64,000 nt of DNA from an uncultured delta proteobacterium. Its GTDB lineage: Bacteria > Myxococcota > B64-G9. Shown here in pieces: positions 57,623 through 64,000 of the stretch. The stretch covers positions 480,001 to 544,000 of the forward strand of contig CAVWHX010000003.1 of assembly GCA_963754925.1 (NCBI GenBank), given 5' to 3'. The first letter of the stretch is position 1. Every line of letters starts with the position of its first letter. The position numbers were made by a program, and so were the translations under genes. Below the pieces are notes generated by a model. The model saw only the letters and a list, made by a program, of their open reading frames with translations. It was not told where the DNA came from and did not search any database.

Positions 57623-59996
57623 TCAACCGCACTTCGAAAATCCGCAGGCGCGGCACAACAGGCAGCCCTCGACGTGTTCGATGGTGCCGCCGCAATCGGG
57701 ACACACGACAAACATCCTTTGCTCGTCGTTAGAACCGGTTTCAACCGCGGCCGGTCCGGGGTTTGATGAGCCGACGGTCTCCGCCGGGGTCGTCGTGGTT
57801 GGTTGCGCCGGTGGTTGGTTCTCGCGTTGTTTGGTATTTTCCTGATAACTCTTCAGGGCGCGGGAAATGGCGTCGGCGCACGAGAGCACCATCTCCCCAT
57901 CCTTCCATACCGGCGAAGGACAGCGCACCCCCGAAAGCTGCCGAACAATCGCGTTGGGATCGATGCCGGCGCGCAACGCCAAAGAAATAAGCCGGCTGAT
58001 TGCCTCGGCTTGGGACGAGGCACAGCCGCCGGCCTTGCCCATGGCGGTGAACAACTCAAACGTGCCGCGCTCGTCTTCGTTGATGGTGACGTACAAGTGA
58101 CCGCAACCGGTTTTGACTTTCTGGGTGCTCCCGCGCACGATTTCGGGGCGCTCGCGCGGGGTAAGCCGGGCGGCATCCGGTGCGGTTGACGCCAGCGGCA
58201 GCGACTGGTCCCCGGGCCTCCGGTTGACTTTCTCGATGTTCAGCACTTGCTCGCTGCGACTGCCATCGCGATAGACCGTTACCCCCTTGCAACCCAGAAG
58301 GTATGCCAATCGGTAGATCTCGGCGACGTCGTGCTCGCTGGCGTCGTTGGAAAGGTTGACTGTTTTGGAGACCGCGTTGTCGGTAAACTTTTGAAAGGCC
58401 GCCTGCGTGCGCACATGCCACTCGGGCGAAATCTCGTGCGCCGTGACAAACACCGATCGGAGGCGCTCCGGAACTTCAAGAACATGCGCAACGCTGCCCT
58501 CCTTGGCGATGCGGCGCATCAACACATCGGAATAGAAATCTTGTTCTTTGGCCACGCGCTCAAAGAGCGGGTTGACCTCGGGCAGCTCGTCGTTGTCCAT
58601 CACGTTGCGCACGAAGCAAATGCCGAAGAGCGGTTCGATCCCCGACGAACATCCGGCAATAATGCTGATGGTGCCGGTCGGTGCAATGGTGGTGGTCGTG
58701 GCGTTGCGCAGCGGCTTGGCGCCCGGCCGATCGTAGACGCTCCCGGCGAAGTTCGGGAAACGGCCCGCGGCGCTCGGCCAGAAGCTCGCTTTCGGCGCGC
58801 GCTTCCCGCCGGATGAAGCTCATGATCTCTTCGGCGCGCTCCAGGGCCTCCTCGCTGTTGTAGGCGATCCCGAGCATGATGAGCATGTCGGCATACCCCA
58901 TCACCCCGAGCCCAATTTTTCGGTTGCCCTTGGTCACGCGCTCGATCTCTCGCAGGGGGTAGCGGTTGACTTCGATCACGTTGTCGAGAAAGTGCACCGC
59001 CGTATGCACCGTTGCGCCCAGGTGCTCCCAGTCGATGGCGCCGCGCGTCACCATGCGGGCCAGATTGATCGATCCGAGGTTGCAGGATTCGTAGGGCAGC
59101 AGCGGTTGCTCGCCGCAAGGATTGGTGCTCTCGATCGTGCCGAGCTGCGGGGTGGGATTGTCCTTGTTGATGCGGTCTAAAAAGATAATGCCGGGCTCTC
59201 CGTTGCGCCAGGCCAAGCGGACAATCGTCTCGAACACCTTGCGGGCCTGTAACTGCTTGACCACGAGATTAGCGTGCGGGTTGATCAAGTCGTAGGGCAG
59301 GTCGCGCTCGACCGCGCTCATGAAACCCGCCGTGATGCCGACCGAGAGGTTGAAGTTATTCAGCGAGGTCTCCGAGGTCTTGCAGGAAATAAAATCGAGG
59401 ATGTCGGGATGATCCACCCGCAAGATACCCATGTTGGCGCCGCGCCGGGTTCCGCCCTGCTTGATGGTTTCGGTGGCGGTGTCAAACACCCGCATGAAAC
59501 TCACCGGCCCCGAAGATACCCCTTTGGTGGATTGCACCATGTCGTTCTTGGGTCGAATACGCGAGAAAGAAAAGCCCGTCCCGCCGCCCGACTTATGGAT
59601 CATGGCCGTGTTTTTAACGGCCTCGAAGATGCTTTCCATCGAATCCTCGACGGGAAGCACAAAGCAGGCCGACAACTGACCGAGCTCGCGCCCGGCGTTC
59701 ATCAACGTCGGCGAGTTGGGCATAAAATCCAAGCTCGTCATCAGTCGGTAAAACTGCTCCGCAATCCCCGGCACGTCGGCATGCGGATCAAATGCTCGGT
59801 CCGCCTCGGCGATGGTGCTGGCCACCCGGGAAAACATTTCCGTGGGCCCTTCGCTCGGTTTGCCATCGGCTCCCTTCCGCAAATAGCGCCGTTCGAGCAC
59901 CCGCAAGGAATTGTCGCTCAATTGAAGCTCTTTATGTTGTTCCCCAGAACATCGCTCCATACTTGAATTGTTTAAATACGTCGTATCGAGTCCCAT
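57623..59996 (-). CDS. nrdJ: Vitamin B12-dependent (class II) ribonucleotide reductase with TSCPD-like domain and Zn ribbon; +1 frame break at ~58757
   Basis: [27 protein letters not shown] and CNLGSINL; in the next frame [39 protein letters not shown] and CPDCG. Confidence 0.95.
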
Positions 59997-60041
59997 TCGC
60001 CCCGCTCCGCAAGTTAAGAGATTGTCATTTTGCCGCTACTG

Positions 60042-60089
60042 ATACAATTCCTTGTACACATACCCTAGATAGAATACCACTAATGGTAT
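60042..60089. promoter_or_regulatory. Tandem NrdR-box-like operators upstream of nrdJ
   Basis: ataCAAttccTTGtac (60042) and ataCCActaaTGGtat (60074), 32 bp apart, next to a minus-strand TTGACA (60095-60090). Confidence 0.55.
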
Positions 60090-60225
60090 TGTCAAGCAGA
60101 ATCTATTTTGGGATAGTTGCTCGGCTTAACTGGGTTCTCTATACGGTATTTGGATAGCGTCTGTCAATCAGAAATGGGTTCTCTTCCCAGTTGACTCTCA
60201 CCCCATTTACCGAGATGCTATCGGT

Positions 60226-61936
60226 ATGGATACCACTTCCGCTCATCCGCTGTCCTCGCTTCAAGCGAAGCTCGAGCAGGCCCAGCAATTGCTCGCGCTC
60301 GACCCGCAGCAGGCCGCCACCTCGTTCGACAAGCTGAGCCTCAGCGACCGTCTGGAACTCGTGCTTGCCGTACCACCGGGCCCGAAGCGCCAGGATCTTA
60401 TCCTGCGCTCCAACTATGCCCGGGAGCTTACCGAGGCCCTGACGCCTGAGGATTTTGTGGTGACGGTCAAGGCGATCGGCGAACGCGATTCAATCGCGCT
60501 CGATTAATCTCTCATCCGACGAACAGCTCGGCTACGTGCTCGACCTCGATCTGTGGAACGAGGAAACCATGGACCTCAATCGATTTGAGCACTGGCTTGA
60601 GCTCCTGTTCGAGTGCGGCGATGAGCGGGTGATACGTTGGGCGCGTGCGGTGGATTTCGAGCAACTGGTGTTTGTCTGCGAACGGGTGCTGCTGTCAACC
60701 GACCGCGACGCGCTTTTGGAGCTGCCCGATCACCTGGCCGGACGCGTTTTCACCCCGGACAACTTTCACTTTCTGCTCATCAAGGTCGGTGCAAACTTCA
60801 CGCTCTTCTCGCGGCTGCTCGACCTCATATACGTGAGCGAGCAAGATCTCTTTTTGGCGCTGGTCGGCAACCTCGGCACCACCCCGGCGAGCGAGATCGA
60901 GGAGCTGGCGGCTCGCTTCAAGGACGGTCGGCTTGCCGACCGCGGCTGGCCGGCATGGGAAGAGGCGGCGGTTATCTATCAACCCCTCGCGTCCAGCGGC
61001 TCGAATGAGCGACCGCCGCCGACCGGGTTTAAGAATCCGCCCCGTTACCCGCTCCAGTTCTTGCAGTCGGGACGGTTGCTGCAGGCGGCGCTCGAACGGG
61101 TCGATGATACCCAGGCCCTGGAGATCTTGGCCGGTCAGCTCGCCAACCTCGTAAACCGCGTGCTCGTGGCGGATCATCTTGAACGCGGCAACCTGGAATC
61201 TATGAAGCTTGCCATCGAGCGCGTGACTGGCGCTTTGGAGATCGGCCTGTCTGTTCTCGGGCTCGCCGATCCCCTTGATGCCGCCGCCGCCCTTCGAGCT
61301 CGGCCGCTTTCCGATATCTTTCGCGTCGCCCAGGGTGCCATCCGGGATCTTGCCGAGCGCTTTAGACGCCTCAGTACTGGCCCGGGCGGCGACCTGCTTC
61401 AGTTTGTCGAGGCGCCCGTGGCCGATCGTTTCGACGCTCTCCGATCTCAGCGACCGCGCTACTTCGATGAAGACTCACAGATCGTCCGCGAGTTCGCGGC
61501 GCCGGCCGACCTCGAAAACCTCAAGCGCGACCTGCTGTGGACCGAAGCCGCGCTTGCGCTCGGCGCAGCCTTAGAACTATCGGCCGCCGCGCTACCCGAT
61601 CCGTTTCCCAAGAATTCATTCCCCGAATCAAAAACAGGCTTAACCCTCGAGACGCTGCTGCTGACGCGTCTGGTCCGGGATTGCTTGCAGCTTCCCCGCG
61701 AGCTACAACCCTTCCCGTTGGCGCGACTTCCCGAGCTCTTTGAAGCGCTGCCCCACGAAGAGCCGGCACTGGGCACTAGCCTCCTCGAACTAACCCGGCC
61801 GTATGTGCCGCATCCGCCGGCCGGCATCGAGCTGCTCGTCGATAGGCTTGCCCAGTTACTCAAACAGGAAATCTTCGTCCACGAGCCAACACAGCTTGAC
61901 CCGCGTTTCATACACGGTCTGTGGTTGCAGGGCTGA
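60226..61936 (+). CDS. DUF6178-like hypothetical protein; +1 frame break at ~60502
   Basis: Two ORFs join as KAIGERDSIAL-INLSSDEQLGYVLDLDLW; later RFKDGRLADRGWPAWEEAAVIY and LANLVNRVLVAD. Confidence 0.72.
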
Positions 61937-61954
61937 TCGGAAGCCGACGACCGT

Positions 61955-62038
61955 CGGATCTCGGCCGCCGTCACGCCGAGAGTTTTTCCGGCATAGTAAG
62001 CAGGCATCACCACGCACACGCGCTTCCCCGCCGATCAC
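61955..62038 (-). pseudogene. 5' remnant of a family 2 glycosyltransferase
   Basis: AAGGAG RBS, then MIGG-KRVCVVMPAYYAGKTL (one extra G), matching the GT2 VVxPAYN start; similarity ends before the convergent gene. Confidence 0.65.
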
Positions 62039-62154
62039 GACCCGGAACTCCTTGTCCCCTTGGCCGAATCATTGATGACGCATAAACACTGCCACGCGAT
62101 CGTGGGTGGCCCCCTGGTTGCGAGATTTACGGAGAAGCGAGAGGAGTGGAGAGA

Positions 62155-62844
62155 CTATTCGCAGCTAAAGGTTAGCGTGCTATTTGGGTCGGAGATTTTA
62201 CAAGCCGCTTCGTTACAGACGCATTCACCGGTGCCCGTGTTACATTTGTAACCGGAACTGGTGGTAGCGGCTAAGCAGTCGGCGTCGCTCGTGCAAAGGG
62301 CAAAACAAAGGGCGAAATCGGTGCCTTGGAAAGAACCGCGGTAACACTTTTTGCTAGTGCCGCAATCGGCATCTGCCGTGCAAGCCACGCAGATGTTCCC
62401 CGAGCCACATATTTTGTCCAAAGCATTGGAGGAGCAATCGGCGTTGACCGTGCACTTGTCGCAAAAGAAATCCGATCCACACTTGCCCGTCCCGATCTTG
62501 GTCGTCGTCGAACCAACAGTATAGCTGCAGTCGGCATCCTTTGTACACTGCTTGCATGTACCCGTCGCTGTATCACAGCCCTTGGACAAACTGCCGCAAT
62601 CGGCGTCAACCTTGCATTCATTGCAGTAGTGCTTGGCGTTGCAACCATGGCCAGAACTTCCGCAATCGGCATCAACGAGACAATCAACGCACTGCCCACC
62701 TTTGTCGCAAAACGATCCCGACCCACAATCAGCATTTTTCGCGCAGGAACCGGCACAGACCTTGATCCCGCCGCCGCTGCTGGAACAAGCCATAAGTCCA
62801 AGAGACAGCACGATCGCCAGAACCAGAATTAGTGTTTTCTTCAT
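62155..62844 (-). CDS. Cys-rich repeat lipoprotein
   Basis: Lipobox LMAC; about 7 CxxDADC-type repeats. Confidence 0.82.
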   Translation of the reverse strand: MKKTLILVLAIVLSLGLMACSSSGGGIKVCAGSCAKNADCGSGSFCDKGGQCVDCLVDADCGSSGHGCNAKHYCNECKVDADCGSLSKGCDTATGTCKQCTKDADCSYTVGSTTTKIGTGKCGSDFFCDKCTVNADCSSNALDKICGSGNICVACTADADCGTSKKCYRGSFQGTDFALCFALCTSDADCLAATTSSGYKCNTGTGECVCNEAACKISDPNSTLTFSCE

Positions 62845-63078
62845 GTCTTTTTTCCTCCTTGTTTGTAGGGAGATCCAGAAAAAGTGGGCTCATGCCCACC
62901 ATAAAAAACAGGTATAGGAAAAACATCCCTGCTCATGCTTCGTATGCCCGTTCGTCTTCGAACGAAAGTTTTATTAAACGATGGATACGCTACCTCTCAT
63001 GTCGTTATCAAGTCAAGAGTTATAAAACATCACGAGTCGATTCGGGTAATGTTAGAAAGGATCCAAAAAGACCTTTAG

Positions 63079-63595
63079 TCATTCGCAGATCCAGGTGAGC
63101 GTGCTGCCCGGAAAGGCGTTTGCACAGGACGCGTCGTCGGTGCAGCTACACTCGCCGCTGCTACACTTGGAAACCGATCCAGCAGTCAGCATCTGTCGTG
63201 CAGCTCCTCCCGCAGGTGCCCTCCGGACCGCAGCGGAAGTCCGTGGAGTCAGGGTAACCGCAATCGGTGTCGCTTACGCACCCATTACAGAGAGAATTGT
63301 GACATTTGCCGGTCATAATACCGATGCAGTCGCCATCCACCATACACATCTTGTTGCACTGGCCTGAAACCGTGTTACAACCGCCTGCGAATGGGCAGTC
63401 ATCATCGGTCAAACACTGCACACATTCCTTCGTTCCCAGGGTGTCGCATATCAATTCTTGGGAGCAGTCTGCGGTCGTCGTGCACAGACCCTTACAGACC
63501 TTGGTTCGGCTACTGTTGGAACAGGCTGCAAGCCATATCAGAAGCGACATCAGCAGAATCGGCATGATGGTGCTCTTCACGTTTTTTTTCTCCAA
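63079..63595 (-). CDS. Cys-rich repeat lipoprotein, paralog of 62155-62844; +1 frame break at ~63181
   Basis: Lipobox LAAC and CxxDxDC repeats; the shifted frame gives GSVSKCSSGECSC...STLTWICE, matching the paralog ending STLTFSCE. Confidence 0.78.
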
Positions 63596-63785
63596 AAAAT
63601 TGAACGCACGTTTCTTGGAACGTTAATGTATTTTCCTATGAATCCTGATCACCAGATGCCATAACGTAACGTGCAAACTGGCTCACCGTCAAGGGATATA
63701 AAGCGACCGAAAAAGTTTAATGGGTAAACTGATTTCAAGTGGCGTGACTATATCGTTATCGACTGATAATATAAAAATTATAACG

Positions 63786-64000
63786 TTATTGCGCAACGAG
63801 ATCAAAAGCTTGCCGCGTCAGTTCCGACGGCAGTAAATGGATCTTCATCTGTTCTGTTAATTCAGGCAACGCAAAATATTGCGCCGACGCAACCGCGGCA
63901 ATCTCAAAGGTACCGTCAGAATGTACCGTAGCTATTCCACCGGTACTCCAGAAAAACATCAATCGAGGATTCCTCCCCCTTTTTCGCTCTGGTCGGCCAA
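63786..64000 (-). CDS. Possible 3' end of a gene entering from the right edge
   Basis: One frame is open from the window edge to TAA 63786; no motif recognised. Confidence 0.3.
   Translation of the reverse strand, partial: GRPERKRGRNPRLMFFWSTGGIATVHSDGTFEIAAVASAQYFALPELTEQMKIHLLPSELTRQAFDLVAQ

Noticed and set aside
57623..59996. Naturally split nrdJa/nrdJb or an intein/intron
   Set aside because: The break falls inside the catalytic region and one base restores continuity; no intervening sequence.
60015..60025. TAAGAGATTGT, identical to the left arm of copy B
   Set aside because: 11 bp only, with no complementary arm; could be chance or a decayed half copy.

Overview
64 kb of a GC-rich bacterial chromosome, probably Myxococcota or a related deltaproteobacterium (inferred from DUF4388-like, DUF2378-like and Cys-rich lipoprotein genes and from gene order). 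Two housekeeping blocks (ispG-pyrF-rlmB-tRNA Thr/Tyr/Gly/Thr-tuf-rpmG-tRNA Trp-secE-nusG at 1-7.2 kb; yhaM and holB-ricT-metG-tatD, nrdJ at 47-60 kb) flank a ~38 kb accessory tract. The tract carries an AddAB-like helicase-nuclease pair beside a recD remnant, a LolA-like/ABC/porin module, two paralogous lipoprotein lipases, a lower-GC metallophosphoesterase/membrane-protein/DUF1566 cassette, an MqsR/MqsA-type toxin-antitoxin pair and MoxR/VWA genes. The most unusual signal is non-coding: four copies of a ~50 bp hairpin element (9.3, 39.7, 44.0, 48.3 kb) with compensatory stem substitutions. Three copies measure 48, 51 and 54 bp, one sits in-frame inside a DUF1848 gene, and one is nested in a 15-mer that itself interrupts a REP-like palindrome. 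Eight frame breaks in seven genes look more like consensus errors than pseudogenes. No CRISPR array, rRNA, integrase, transposase or reverse transcriptase was recognised. All family calls come from motif recognition by eye, not from database searches.
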